A stretch of DNA of 64,000 nucleotides, taken from positions 1,952,001 to 2,016,000 of the forward strand of contig CAVWGN010000001.1 of assembly GCA_963754655.1 (NCBI GenBank). The letters run 5' to 3'. The first letter of the stretch is position 1; each line of letters opens with the position of its first letter. Under the pieces are notes generated by a model. That model did no database searches, was not told where the DNA came from, and saw nothing but the letters and a program-made list of their open reading frames with translations. Positions 1 through 10,062 of the stretch are shown in pieces. The DNA comes from an uncultured Chlamydiae bacterium. Lineage in GTDB: Bacteria; Chlamydiota; Chlamydiia; Chlamydiales; Parachlamydiaceae. A program made the position numbers and the translations under genes.

Positions 1-200
1 GACAAATTCTGTTGACCGTCTAAACGGGTAACAAAATATTGTTTTCCGCCATTCCAAAATTCAGCTGCAATCCAACGAGTAGGAGCTCTGCAAACATCAG
101 CAGCAACCTCAAATTGACTCAGCCAACTCTCATCTTTAAATTCTGGTGCATATTGAATCGTATTTAGAAAACCCTTATCTACTCTGCTAACAAAATTCAT
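1..200 (-). CDS. Hypothetical protein, N-terminal part (runs off window edge)
   Basis: ATG at 200 on minus strand preceded by CAGGA; open frame MNFVSRVDKGFLNTIQYAPEF... to position 1. Confidence 0.55.
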   Translation of the reverse strand, partial: MNFVSRVDKGFLNTIQYAPEFKDESWLSQFEVAADVCRAPTRWIAAEFWNGGKQYFVTRLDGQQNL

Positions 201-328
201 AATCAATTCCTGGATAATTACAATTTAATAAATATAATTTTTTATATTCTACAACCGTTTAGTATTTAAAAAAATATAATTTGATCCCTTATTAAAGTCA
301 ATAGACATTTGAGTCCGGAGGGCGACCG

Positions 329-649
329 GGGTGTGATTAATCTGGGAGTTTATATTTTTTAGCAGATCGATACGAAATGGTAGGGCGGCGGTAGCCCCTT
401 TCAGTGGGAAGCCCCGTATGAAGCGAGCTTGCGAGCGGAATGCGGGGTGGGCATCAATAAAATATAAACCGCGGAAGCGGTGTGAGTGATCTTACACTGC
501 TTCCGCAGCTCAATGCTATCTTGCCTACACCCCGCATTCCGCTCGCAAGCTCGCTTCATACGGGGCTTCCCACTGAAAGCGGCTACCGCCGCCCTACCAT
601 TTCGTATCGATCTGCTAAAAAATATAAACTCCCAGATTTAATCCCACCC
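329..649. mobile_element. Palindromic MITE-like element 'G' (~321 bp)
   Basis: ~120-bp inverted arms (329-450 / ~528-649), inner hairpin 471-506; flanked by 9-bp direct repeat GGGCGACCG (320-328) / GGGCAACCG (650-658). Confidence 0.85.
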
Positions 650-690
650 GGGCAACCGATTAGTCTAATTTCACCTCTTACAGAGCAACC

Positions 691-1593
691 TTAATCTTTA
701 TTTGCTTGTTGGATGTGATAGGTAAGCTCTGTTCCAAATAAAATAATGAGCCAACTATAATTTAACCAGATGAGAAAAAGAGGCACAGCAGCAAAACTCC
801 CATAAATTGTGCCATAGCTTGAAGCGTGGAGTTGAAACGTGACATACACCCATTGCCATATCACACAAATCATGCCCGTTGTCACTCCCGCTATCACCCC
901 TGCTTTCCAAGAAACTTTTGTATTAGGCAAAAAAACATAAAAAAAGCTCAAGAGCCCCCAACTAATTAAATAGGGAATGAATTGGAAGAGAAAACGAATA
1001 AAAGGGCCCAAAACATGTAGAATATTAATGGATTGCGTAGTTAAAAGTGCTTGAGTTGATGCATAAATAATGATACTATTCGAACCTACTAAAAATAGGG
1101 GAAAAAGAAAGATCATGGGAATATAGCTTTTCACTTGTTGCCATAAAGTACGTGTAGATTTGACTTTCCAAATTTCGTCGAAGAAAGAACCAATGTTGCC
1201 AATCATCCGGAAAACAGTCCAAAGAAGAACGGCTAAGCCAAATGCAGCAATAATGTTCCCTTTTGTTGCTTTTAAAGTCGAATTAGAAAACTCTATAATT
1301 TTTTCCGCTACTTGGGGTTGGTCTTGAAATTGTGCTTTGACTTGCTCGGCAAATTTATCTGCAAATCCTAATTCTTGGGCTATGCCAAAACCAATTGCTA
1401 TTAAAGGGACGATAGAAAGAAGAGAATAAAAAGTGAGTGTTGAAGCCTTGTCAAAACACTTATCATTGATAAATCCTTTAATAGAAGAAATTAAAATCGC
1501 TAAAATTTTATAAAAAAATCCTGGAGATTTATTGTGTTTTTTATTCTCCCAAACCTCTCGAAAAAAATTGATAAATTCTTTGATTTTATTCAT
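691..1593 (-). CDS. YihY/virulence factor BrkB family membrane protein
   Basis: ASTLTFYSLLSIVP, multiple TM segments, YGTIYGSFAAVPLFLIWL motif. Confidence 0.9.
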   Translation of the reverse strand: MNKIKEFINFFREVWENKKHNKSPGFFYKILAILISSIKGFINDKCFDKASTLTFYSLLSIVPLIAIGFGIAQELGFADKFAEQVKAQFQDQPQVAEKIIEFSNSTLKATKGNIIAAFGLAVLLWTVFRMIGNIGSFFDEIWKVKSTRTLWQQVKSYIPMIFLFPLFLVGSNSIIIYASTQALLTTQSINILHVLGPFIRFLFQFIPYLISWGLLSFFYVFLPNTKVSWKAGVIAGVTTGMICVIWQWVYVTFQLHASSYGTIYGSFAAVPLFLIWLNYSWLIILFGTELTYHIQQANKD

Positions 1594-1858
1594 TGCTTTC
1601 CATGAAGTAATAAAAAGTAATTTCTTCCTTCAAGTTATCATTTTTAAAATAAAATGAGTATCATTTAGAGAATCATTGTCTAATACAAGAGAATTTAAAA
1701 TAGAGAATTGCTCTTCAGCCACAAACTGGATATTTTTATTACTTCGTTTAAAGTGTTTTTGCACTCTTTGTGAACTAAAGAAGGCAGTTTGCATAATTAT
1801 TATTCTCTAATTAAAGTGTGAATTTAAATTTTGCAAAACTCTAATGAATTATTGTTAA

Positions 1859-3946
1859 TTAAGACCTACGCTGCCGCACACGTCGTTTTTTAGTAGCTAC
1901 AGAGCCTTGGCTCTGATTAGATGGGATGGGAATTTCGATTAACTCTCCCTGGCCTGAAAGTGTCAAGATGCTCCCTGCGATGGGTTGCAAAAGAATTTTC
2001 TTTTGCAAAAGAGTACGAATTTGCCTTTCATTCAGTTCTTGATCTTTATACTGCTGCCATAGCACAAATGTGCATCCCTCTTTCCATTTTGAACAGCCAT
2101 ATCCCTTCTTGCCTTTTATGATCAAGCTTTTACATTTAGGACAATTGCCATAAATCTCCTCATTAATCTTAGAAAGATCACTCCCCTCTATTAACTGTTT
2201 GGTAAATTGTGCAATTCCTTGCATAAACTCTTGTGCGCTGAATTTTCCTTTTTCAATTTCTTTCAGTTTCGATTCCCAATCTCCTGTAAGTTCGGGAGAT
2301 TTCAAGATAGGATCTTGAATAAGAGCAATTAAATAACGACCTAAATCGGTTGCTATCAGAACTTTTCCCGTGCGTTGGATATACGCTCTTTTAATTAGAG
2401 TCTCAATGATTGATGCCCGAGTGGCTGGCGTGCCGATGCCCTTTTCTTTTAAAGCATCTTTTAGACTTTCGTCTTCAACTAGCTTTCCTGCTGTTTCCAT
2501 GGCACCCAATAAGGCATTTTCATTATAATGTGCAGGCGGTGTTGTCTTTCCTTCTGTAAGATAAGGAGAATGAGGACCTCTCTCCCCTTTCTGAAAAAGA
2601 GGTAACTCTTGCAACTCTTGGCTCTGCTTTGCTTCTTGATTGTCCTCTGATTTCTTGGGATAAAGAACAGTCCATCCAGCCGCAAGGATTCTGACTCCCT
2701 TGGTTTGAAAGGCCAATTGATTGGAATAACCTTCAATTGTCGTAATTTCTTTCGTACAGGATGGATAAAAAGCTGCGATTAAACGAATGACAATAGCATC
2801 ATAAACCACTTGAGATTGAAAAGATAAAGATTGAGGAAGATTTCCTGTAGGAATAAGGGCATGGTGATCCGTGACCTTTTTGTCATTAATCAGGCGGTTA
2901 GAAAAAGAGAGTTGAGATAAGTTTAATGGCTCAATTTCTTTGCTTTTGATTTTTTTTAAGTGCGTTAACGTTTCCACAACCTGGGTTTTCATATTAGCAG
3001 GAAGATAACGAGAATCTGTGCGGGGATAGGTGATGAATTTTTGTTCGTATAACGTTTGAGCAATCTGCAAAGTATCCGCAGCTGTGATACCGTGTTTGCG
3101 ATTCATCTCTCTTTGCAGCTCGGTCAAATCATAAAGTAAGGGTGGATGTTCATTTTCATTTTTAGTGGTCACTTTGTCAATTGTAAAGGGATGATCTTTC
3201 ACAGTATCTAGTGCAGATTCGGCATCCTTTTTTGACTTAAAGCGGTCGCCTTTTAATTTGAAGATAATGTCTCTATACTTTGTAAATAACTCCCAAAACG
3301 GTTCAGATTTAAAGTGGCGAATTTCGTCATCGCGCTTTACAATCATAGCTAAAACAGGTGTTTGCACACGTCCAATACTCCACAATGTTTTACCTCTACC
3401 GTAGCGCACTGTAAAATTTCGAGTCGCATTAAGCCCAACAATCCAATCAGATTCATTTCGACATTTAGCTGCAGCGTATAAATCATGATAGGCATGACCA
3501 GGCTTAAGATTTTGGAAAGCACTATGAAGGGCCTCTTCCGTTAATGAAGATAACCACAATCTCTTCCAAGGCTTATTCCCACATTGCGTCATGGAGAGAA
3601 TATAGCGAAAAATGAGCTCTCCTTCACGCCCAGCATCTGTCGCGCAGATCAACTCATTTGCTGATTTAAATAATTTTTTTATAATTCCAAATTGTTTGCG
3701 AATCCCTTTATCTTCTACAATTTTTAATTCAAACTGAGTTGGAATAAAAGGAAGAGACTCTAATGTCCATTTTTTCAAAAGAGGATCATAATCTTCTGGT
3801 TCTTTAAGAGAGATAAGATGACCAAAAGCCCATGTCACTTGATAACCATTGCCCTCATAATAGCCCTCATGACGTTGTCTGGCCCCAAGATGAGCAGCAA
3901 TATCACGTGCCACTGAAGGTTTTTCTGTCAAAATAACTCTCATCAC
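1859..3946 (-). CDS. topB: DNA topoisomerase III (type IA)
   Basis: TEKPSVA Toprim, ATDAGREGE, SIGRVQTP, YPRTDS catalytic Tyr, GIGTPATRA, C-terminal Cys ribbon. Confidence 0.92.
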   Translation of the reverse strand: MMRVILTEKPSVARDIAAHLGARQRHEGYYEGNGYQVTWAFGHLISLKEPEDYDPLLKKWTLESLPFIPTQFELKIVEDKGIRKQFGIIKKLFKSANELICATDAGREGELIFRYILSMTQCGNKPWKRLWLSSLTEEALHSAFQNLKPGHAYHDLYAAAKCRNESDWIVGLNATRNFTVRYGRGKTLWSIGRVQTPVLAMIVKRDDEIRHFKSEPFWELFTKYRDIIFKLKGDRFKSKKDAESALDTVKDHPFTIDKVTTKNENEHPPLLYDLTELQREMNRKHGITAADTLQIAQTLYEQKFITYPRTDSRYLPANMKTQVVETLTHLKKIKSKEIEPLNLSQLSFSNRLINDKKVTDHHALIPTGNLPQSLSFQSQVVYDAIVIRLIAAFYPSCTKEITTIEGYSNQLAFQTKGVRILAAGWTVLYPKKSEDNQEAKQSQELQELPLFQKGERGPHSPYLTEGKTTPPAHYNENALLGAMETAGKLVEDESLKDALKEKGIGTPATRASIIETLIKRAYIQRTGKVLIATDLGRYLIALIQDPILKSPELTGDWESKLKEIEKGKFSAQEFMQGIAQFTKQLIEGSDLSKINEEIYGNCPKCKSLIIKGKKGYGCSKWKEGCTFVLWQQYKDQELNERQIRTLLQKKILLQPIAGSILTLSGQGELIEIPIPSNQSQGSVATKKRRVRQRRS

Positions 3947-4212
3947 ACCTCTCCATAAAATGTTAAGGATTAAACACTTTAATTATGCCCATTCACAGTC
4001 ATTTTTGCAAATACTTGCTTTGCTCACGTTTAATCCTTCGCCCTTTTTAATTACTCTTAAAGTAGAAGAGATAAAACTCTCACGTGTGAAGAGAAAGAAG
4101 ATAAGAGCATCACAAATTTAAACCAATTTAAAACAAAAAGCATTGCTTATTTTGAAAAATATGCTCAAAATATTTGTAATGAATTAATATTATTTGAAAA
4201 TTAGGAAATGAC

Positions 4213-4281
4213 TTAAGAGATGCGCTTAGACTAAACGGCGCAGCGACTGAATGCATCACTTAGTCTAAGCACATCTCTTAA
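4213..4281. repeat. Short palindromic element 'D' (minimal form)
   Basis: TTAAGAGATGCGCTTAGACTAA...TTAGTCTAAGCACATCTCTTAA; same termini as copies at 28176, 49861, 63707. Confidence 0.8.
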
Positions 4282-4342
4282 TTTAACACATGATAGGTTT
4301 AAGACTATCCAATATGCAAAAACTCATGTAACTGAGCACTAA

Positions 4343-4416
4343 CTAGTACTCCATTACATTAGTTTTGCGTATTTGGACTGCTTCAAAGCCCCGAGGTTAG
4401 GAGGAGATGATTCTCT
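4343..4416. repeat. Left arm of a split 'C'-type palindromic element
   Basis: CTAGTACT..CATTAGTTTTGCGTATTTGGACTGCTTCAAAGCCCCG..GAGATGATTCTCT; inverted match to 5869-5941; similar to element at 20464. Confidence 0.8.
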
Positions 4417-5159
4417 AGCAATTCGTCTAAAAGTTTTTAGTTTTTGGAAAAAATTCTCCACATCCTTTCTTTTTTATACAAACGCTTGCTATAGGGAATT
4501 TCATCAGTTCTCTTTGGGTGACTTGGAATGACAACTCGTTCCTTTCTTTTCATTAAATAGTATCTAATTTCATCTGTATCATAAGCTAGATCTGCTATAA
4601 CATTTCTTGCTCGTTTCCCATTTAATAGAGATTTAGCAAATAAATTATCATTTCTATTTCCAGGAGCAATTTTTACTTTTAATGGTTGCCCTTCAGCATT
4701 AACTACAACATGAATTCTTGTTGACCAACCACCTTGTGTCTTTCCAATTCCATTAAATGTTTTTCCTCCAAAACCTCCCATTGCATTTTGATGTACTTTA
4801 ACACTTGTAGAATCAATAATATGTGATTCGTGGGATGCATTTTTTTTTCAAAACACTCCAAATTTTTGACCAAGTTCCATTTAAGGTCCAGTTATGCATT
4901 CTTGAATAGATCGTTTGCCAGTGGCCAAATTCAGGGGGCATATCTCTCCAAGGAGCTCCCGTTCTTATAGACCATAAAATCCCTTCTATTACCAACCGAT
5001 CATTTTTTCTAGGTCTTCCCTGTTTACCTGTTTGCGAAGGTAATAATGGACTTAGCTTCTCCCAGTCCTTATCTTTTAAAAACATTCTAGTCATAAACAC
5101 CTCCTATGGGTCCCTACAACTATTATTATATCATAAATAATCTTTTTAAAACACGCCCT
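4415..5159 (-). pseudogene. IS5-family (IS427-like) transposase remnant with one surviving IS end
   Basis: orfA GRPRKNDR..EGILWSIRTGAPWRDMP; IIDSTSVK; VIADLAYD; ENFFQKLKTFRRIA in a shifted frame, then cut at CTAG 4415; end AGGGCGTGTT at ~5150-5159; frame change at an A9 run ~4840. Confidence 0.85.
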
Positions 5160-5163
5160 GGGT

Positions 5164-5823
5164 CGGGACTTAACAAAGAACTGTTTTTGGGCTTGATATT
5201 CTTCGTATCGATTTAACAACGACCCGCCTATAACAGCATTTAGAGGCATATTTATCGAAAATGACGCGAAAAATTATCAAGCCCAAAACAGTTCTTTGTT
5301 AAGTCCCGGCATATGGCTAGGTAATCGGAATTTTTTATCTTTGTTTTTGCAATGTTGCTTGATCCATATCCTTTCCCTCAGCGACGAGCGGCGTTAGCCG
5401 CGCATGGATAGTAGCCGTGGGTGTAGGCGCAAGCCGAAACCCACGGTTACCCAAAAAACAAATTTGAGCCACGTTAGTGGCGTATCATTCGTTTAAATAA
5501 ACATTACTCCACAATCACATTTCCTACGCCACTAACGTGGCTTCATTTTTTTTACCATACACCGTGGGTTCCGGCTTGCGCCTACACCCACGGCTACTAT
5601 CCATGCGCGGCTAACGCCGCTTGAGCGACAAATTTAGCTTCTGGAGTTTGCCAGAAGCATTTCCTTCCTAGCCTATGGCCGGGACTTAACAAAGAACTGT
5701 TTTGGGCTTTGATGTTTTTCCCGTCATTTTCGGGAAGTATGCCTTTAAAGCCTGTTACAGGCGGGGTGCTGTTAAATTGACATGAAGAATATCAAGCCCA
5801 AAAAAGTTCTTTGTTAAGTCCCG
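5164..5823. mobile_element. Composite palindromic element A-[B]-A (two inverted 145-bp A elements around a REP-like B cassette)
   Basis: A 5164-5308 and 5680-5823 with CGGGACTTAACAAAGAACTGTTTTGGGCTT termini; B 5387-5621; perfect 9-bp direct repeat GCCCTGGGT at 5155-5163 and 5824-5832. Confidence 0.88.
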
Positions 5824-5868
5824 GCCCTGGGTTAGATTAGCTCTCGTCATGTAGTCTGAAGGACTATA

Positions 5869-5941
5869 AGAGAATCATCTCGTCCCAATCCCGGGGCTTG
5901 AAGCAATCTAAATACACAAAACTAATGTGGTTGAGTACTAG
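5869..5941. repeat. Right arm of split 'C'-type element
   Basis: AGAGAATCATCTC...AAATACACAAAACTAATGTGGTTGAGTACTAG, inverted counterpart of 4343-4416. Confidence 0.8.
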
Positions 5942-5950
5942 ATGAAGTCA

Positions 5951-6967
5951 TCAACGGGAAATGTTTGCTCCTTTTGGCAGTTTCGGCAGATTTTGCAGAT
6001 TAGGGCACCGCATGCAGTTAACAACTTGCACCTTTGGCAGCTCAGGCAGGCTATGCAGACTATAGCACTCGCTGCAGTCAAGCTCTCGCACATTTGGCAA
6101 TTCAGGCAGGCCTTGCAGATTATAGGACTGCATGCAGTTAAGCTTTTGTACATTTGGCAGCTCAGACAGGTTTTGCAGATTAATACACCAGCTGCACGTA
6201 AGCACTTGCACCTTTGGCAGCGCAGGCAGACTTTTTAGATTGCGCGAATTGCGGCAATCAAGCTCTCGCACATTTGGCAGCTCAGGCAGACTTTGCAAAT
6301 TGTGCAAATTGCGGCAGTTAAGAGTTTGCACATTTGGCAGCGCAGGCAGGCTTTGCAGAGTAGAGCAATAGCTACAGTCCAGCACTTGCACATTTGGCAG
6401 CTCAGGCAGGCTTTGTAGATTAGAACATTCGCGGCAGTCAAGTCTTATGAGACTACTTGACTGAGGTGGCAAATTTCTTATTTTATCCGATTTAATCATT
6501 AATTGATTAAGATTTGGGCACTTTTTAAATAATTCTTCAATGTCGCTTTCCTCTAAGTCCGGAAATTCTATTAGATTTGCTCCTGTCAGATTATGATCGA
6601 TCGCATGCTGCACAGCCTCTTTTGCATTTTTGCATTTATATTTTTTTAGAGAAACAAGCTGCTCGCTAGCCCATTCTTTTTCCTCCTTGTTTGCAATCCA
6701 ACTGAATTGATTGGAAAGATGTATAGTTTCCAATCCACTTTGAACCCCTCCCTTTTCGTAAGGAATATCAAACTTGCGTGGGGGAATATGGGAATAGATT
6801 TTCTCCCATACTTCTTCTGGCAATTGAGGAAGCTCATTGCTAGTAGAAAACGCACTCTCAGCGACATTTATAATCTTCATCTCGTCTTTTTGAACCTCTA
6901 CTGGAATTGATGTCAAATCATCCTTTCTAAATAGAGCTTCTGAAAAATTAAATTGATTGTTTACCAT
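5951..6967 (-). CDS. F-box-like + leucine-rich-repeat protein (putative effector)
   Basis: LPQLPEEVWEKIYSHI F-box-like motif; ~8 tandem 20-aa LRRs (LQSLPELPNVxxLxCxxCxN; 60-bp DNA period). Confidence 0.85.
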   Translation of the reverse strand: MVNNQFNFSEALFRKDDLTSIPVEVQKDEMKIINVAESAFSTSNELPQLPEEVWEKIYSHIPPRKFDIPYEKGGVQSGLETIHLSNQFSWIANKEEKEWASEQLVSLKKYKCKNAKEAVQHAIDHNLTGANLIEFPDLEESDIEELFKKCPNLNQLMIKSDKIRNLPPQSSSLIRLDCRECSNLQSLPELPNVQVLDCSYCSTLQSLPALPNVQTLNCRNLHNLQSLPELPNVRELDCRNSRNLKSLPALPKVQVLTCSWCINLQNLSELPNVQKLNCMQSYNLQGLPELPNVRELDCSECYSLHSLPELPKVQVVNCMRCPNLQNLPKLPKGANISR

Positions 6968-7306
6968 TTTATCATCCTTTTATATTATTTATATTAAATA
7001 AGTTTAATTAATTAATCAAAGCATAAACAAACTTTTATAATACTAAAAAATTAATAATTGTAAATAATTCATTTTTAATTTGTTATATAAAAACATATCA
7101 TTAAATGGATGATCAAAGAAAAATAAAAAAAATACTATATTAAAAAAACAAAAATTAAAAACAACACTAATAATAATTTTATTAATTGAAATATTAATAT
7201 CTATTTGATACAATTAAATGTTAAGATAATTCCGTACCACATACCAAAGTGTAAGCGAGTGATCGGAAAATGTAAGTTACAATAGAGTTTTAAATAGGAG
7301 ATTTTA

Positions 7307-8062
7307 ATGAATTCCTGTAGTCAATCTTTGCTTCAATCAAGTGTCGCCAATCGAAGCTGCTTGCTTGTGCCTAGCGGTGAAATAGATACAACAAATAGTA
7401 TTCCAACGACCTTGCCTCTTGAAATATGGAATAAAATTTTTAACTACTTAGGATTTCAAGATCTAAAGCTTTTTACTGAACACAAAGTTAAGGTTTTAAA
7501 AAAACCTTTAGACGGAAATGAGGACAATCATCGTCTGATGATGAGTAACAAGTTTATCTTTCACAAAAAAGATTTTTTAAATGCCATTAAAAGCGTATAT
7601 AGTGTTGCCCTCTGTTGCAAAGAGTTTTACGGACTGACACAACGAGAGAGAAAGTTGCTTATTAATGCTGCTCAATGGTCAAGATTTGATAGAGAATTTC
7701 TTTTTTCTGAGCAAATACCTACTAGAAATAAACAAGATGAGAATATAAGTTTTAAAACAGACGAAATTCAGGAAATTATTCGTACACCTTCATATAAGGA
7801 TCTTATCCCAAAGCTAGCTTTAGATACATTCAATACCAACGTTATTAATGAAAGATTAATTGACCAAGCGTCAATACTGTTAGTTGAATCCAGGAAATTA
7901 AAACCTTTAAAACTCGATTTAAATGAATTTAAACCTTTAAATTTAGATAAAATCTTCGAAAAAATTAAAGTAACAGAGTTGCTAGTGAATGAAAATCAGA
8001 TAAGTACTAAACAAGGACAGCCATCTGATTCAAATGAAGAATGGAAATGTGTTATACAATAG
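7307..8062 (+). CDS. F-box-like domain protein
   Basis: TLPLEIWNKIFNYLGFQDL motif; AGGAG RBS; divergent from F-box/LRR gene. Confidence 0.7.
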   Translation: MNSCSQSLLQSSVANRSCLLVPSGEIDTTNSIPTTLPLEIWNKIFNYLGFQDLKLFTEHKVKVLKKPLDGNEDNHRLMMSNKFIFHKKDFLNAIKSVYSVALCCKEFYGLTQRERKLLINAAQWSRFDREFLFSEQIPTRNKQDENISFKTDEIQEIIRTPSYKDLIPKLALDTFNTNVINERLIDQASILLVESRKLKPLKLDLNEFKPLNLDKIFEKIKVTELLVNENQISTKQGQPSDSNEEWKCVIQ

Positions 8063-8380
8063 AAAAAAACTACTAAGGCATGAATTCTTTGTAACTATTC
8101 AGATCACTCATTGCGTACCGCTCCTAAAAATCTGTACAAATCTCAGCGACTCCCGCTGAAAGTATAATCAACAATATTTTTATCAATTATTTTTTTAGAA
8201 TTCTATACAAAAATAGCCAATAATGCGAATCATTCGCAATCTATTCCAACTTTTTGCTTTAACTTTTATGCTCTACTCCCAAAGGCAGGAATGTAAGCGT
8301 ATTCATCTCAATGCTATAATCGGTGATTAGGCAATCAATAATTTGTTGATTTAAAATGATTTTTCATTTCTCATGCATGT

Positions 8381-9562
8381 TTAAACAGTAGGTTGCGATT
8401 GGTGATGCTGATATGATTGTGCTAGTAAGCTTGATTGCTTCTCTAGCTTTTTAATGAAATTAAATGTCCAAGGTCTATCTAAATAAATCTTTTTATATTC
8501 ACTCTTAAGAATCATGACTGTTGGGAGTATCGCTTCTATAGTTTTCATTTCGATTATTCCTATTTTTAAAATAACTTGGTAAAAAATCGGTAAAGCACCT
8601 AAAAAGGCAAATTGTTTATAGCTTGCATCAAACCATTTTCTATCGATAAGTTTGCGAACATATGGTATCAAAATATCTGGCTTGATTTTAAAAAAGACAT
8701 GCAATAGACACTTTTCTCTACCTGGTATTTTCGAAAGAAAATCGATAATCTCAGAAGCAAAATAGTTGGAAGTAATGAAAGACGTTTCATCCAAATCATA
8801 CATTTGGCAGCAAAAAGCGAGCTTAATTTGAAAGATTATCAAGGGTGTTTGGTTCTTGAATGTTTTGAACATCTGGGAAAGATCTAAACGCCCTTTCATC
8901 ACTTCTTCAAAGCTCTTGAAATCATCTTGCGTAAATTGAAACTCATAAGTTTTAAATCTTTTATTGTAAGAGATCCAATCGACATCCCTATTTTTTTTAA
9001 ATTTTATATAGGCATCTTGAAGCTCATTCCAAACTATAATCTCAGCAATTTTATCCTTTGGATTAAAAATAAATTCATCTGATTTGGCTATCTTGTTGTA
9101 TGTTTTTTTACATAAATCGACAGCGATAGAAGATTGGTCATAGCAAATCAACTTATCCAAAATACTAAAAAAAATTTCGCATGACTTTACTGGATTTTTG
9201 TAAACGGGTTTCAAGTAATTTTCTATAAGAGTTTTCTGTTCTTTAAAATCTTCTTTGTCCTCAGCTAAATAGAGTGGTATTAATACTAGGGAAATATACT
9301 TACTGCACTCTTTATAACGTTTTGGCTGACACTGCAAAGCACGATCAAGTCTTTCAATCTCACTGCATAGATTCTTCCTCTCAAGCTCATTAAGTACTGT
9401 GAACATCTCTTCCTCTAAATCAATTTCGCTATCTAATTTTTCAAAGGAATTCGAGTCCATTTCCCATACGTTAATTACTTTTTCAAGTCGCTTCTCTAAA
9501 GTCAGTTCCATGCTAAGATTTTCATAAGGATTTGGATTTTCGTTAGCAATATTTTCTGTCAT
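8381..9562 (-). CDS. Hypothetical protein
   Basis: 393-aa ORF in very AT-rich DNA; no recognised motif. Confidence 0.7.
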   Translation of the reverse strand: MTENIANENPNPYENLSMELTLEKRLEKVINVWEMDSNSFEKLDSEIDLEEEMFTVLNELERKNLCSEIERLDRALQCQPKRYKECSKYISLVLIPLYLAEDKEDFKEQKTLIENYLKPVYKNPVKSCEIFFSILDKLICYDQSSIAVDLCKKTYNKIAKSDEFIFNPKDKIAEIIVWNELQDAYIKFKKNRDVDWISYNKRFKTYEFQFTQDDFKSFEEVMKGRLDLSQMFKTFKNQTPLIIFQIKLAFCCQMYDLDETSFITSNYFASEIIDFLSKIPGREKCLLHVFFKIKPDILIPYVRKLIDRKWFDASYKQFAFLGALPIFYQVILKIGIIEMKTIEAILPTVMILKSEYKKIYLDRPWTFNFIKKLEKQSSLLAQSYQHHQSQPTV

Positions 9563-9993
9563 AATACTTCACTTTAATTGTTCAAATTTTAGGAATTATT
9601 TAACTTAAGTAATCACAGCTTTGGGAAGTCTTTCACTGAAAGATTTCTCAACATCTTTTAAAATAAAACACTTATATAATAAAGCAATGTCATTTTTTGA
9701 GTCATCTATAAAGACAGCTTTAGTGAAGTATTCAACAAAACTAAACGGGGAAAATAATGCAAAAAATTCAGTAACCAAGCCAGAAATCAAGTTATTTTCG
9801 ATGTGCGACGCTATTTTCTCATGAAATGCTTTCAGGAAAATTTTTAATCGTGCGAAACCGATTACAATCTAAGGATTGGTTTCGTTCATTTTTAGCTGCA
9901 CGAAGTTAAATTAAACAAGCTAGCAAGCTGATTTTAAATAACATATAAATAAAAATCAAGAAACATCATTCAAAATTTCTCATCGCTTCATTC

Positions 9994-10022
9994 TTGACAA
10001 CTTCTTATAAAAGCATTAGCAT
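9994..10022 (+). promoter_or_regulatory. Putative sigma70/sigma66-type promoter for the riboswitch-nrdBA transcript
   Basis: TTGACA-17 bp-TAGCAT ~40 bp upstream of riboswitch. Confidence 0.5.
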
Positions 10023-10062
10023 TTAGCGCATTGATAAGATTGCCACGCATAGTGGTAATTTT

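Noticed and set aside
482..694. 70-aa ORF; likewise ORFs 49693-49980 and 50090-50287
   Set aside because: They lie within palindromic repeats and have no RBS or protein-like features
4830..4855. Programmed frameshift at the A9 run in the IS5-family transposase
   Set aside because: Plausible for this family but indistinguishable from decay or homopolymer error; the gene is broken elsewhere too
1859..5941. Functional link between topB and adjacent palindromes
   Set aside because: The same repeats occur beside unrelated genes; adjacency alone is not evidence
5938..6441. Overlapping periodic ORFs in other frames or strands (also 32914-33723, 39179-39790, 40415-40976)
   Set aside because: Shadows of tandem coding repeats that lack stops in alternative frames
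8091..8102. GTAACTATTCAG, resembling an IS/MITE terminus
   Set aside because: No inverted partner or transposase seen nearby
9605..9824. Small ORFs on both strands
   Set aside because: Short, overlapping, no motif support
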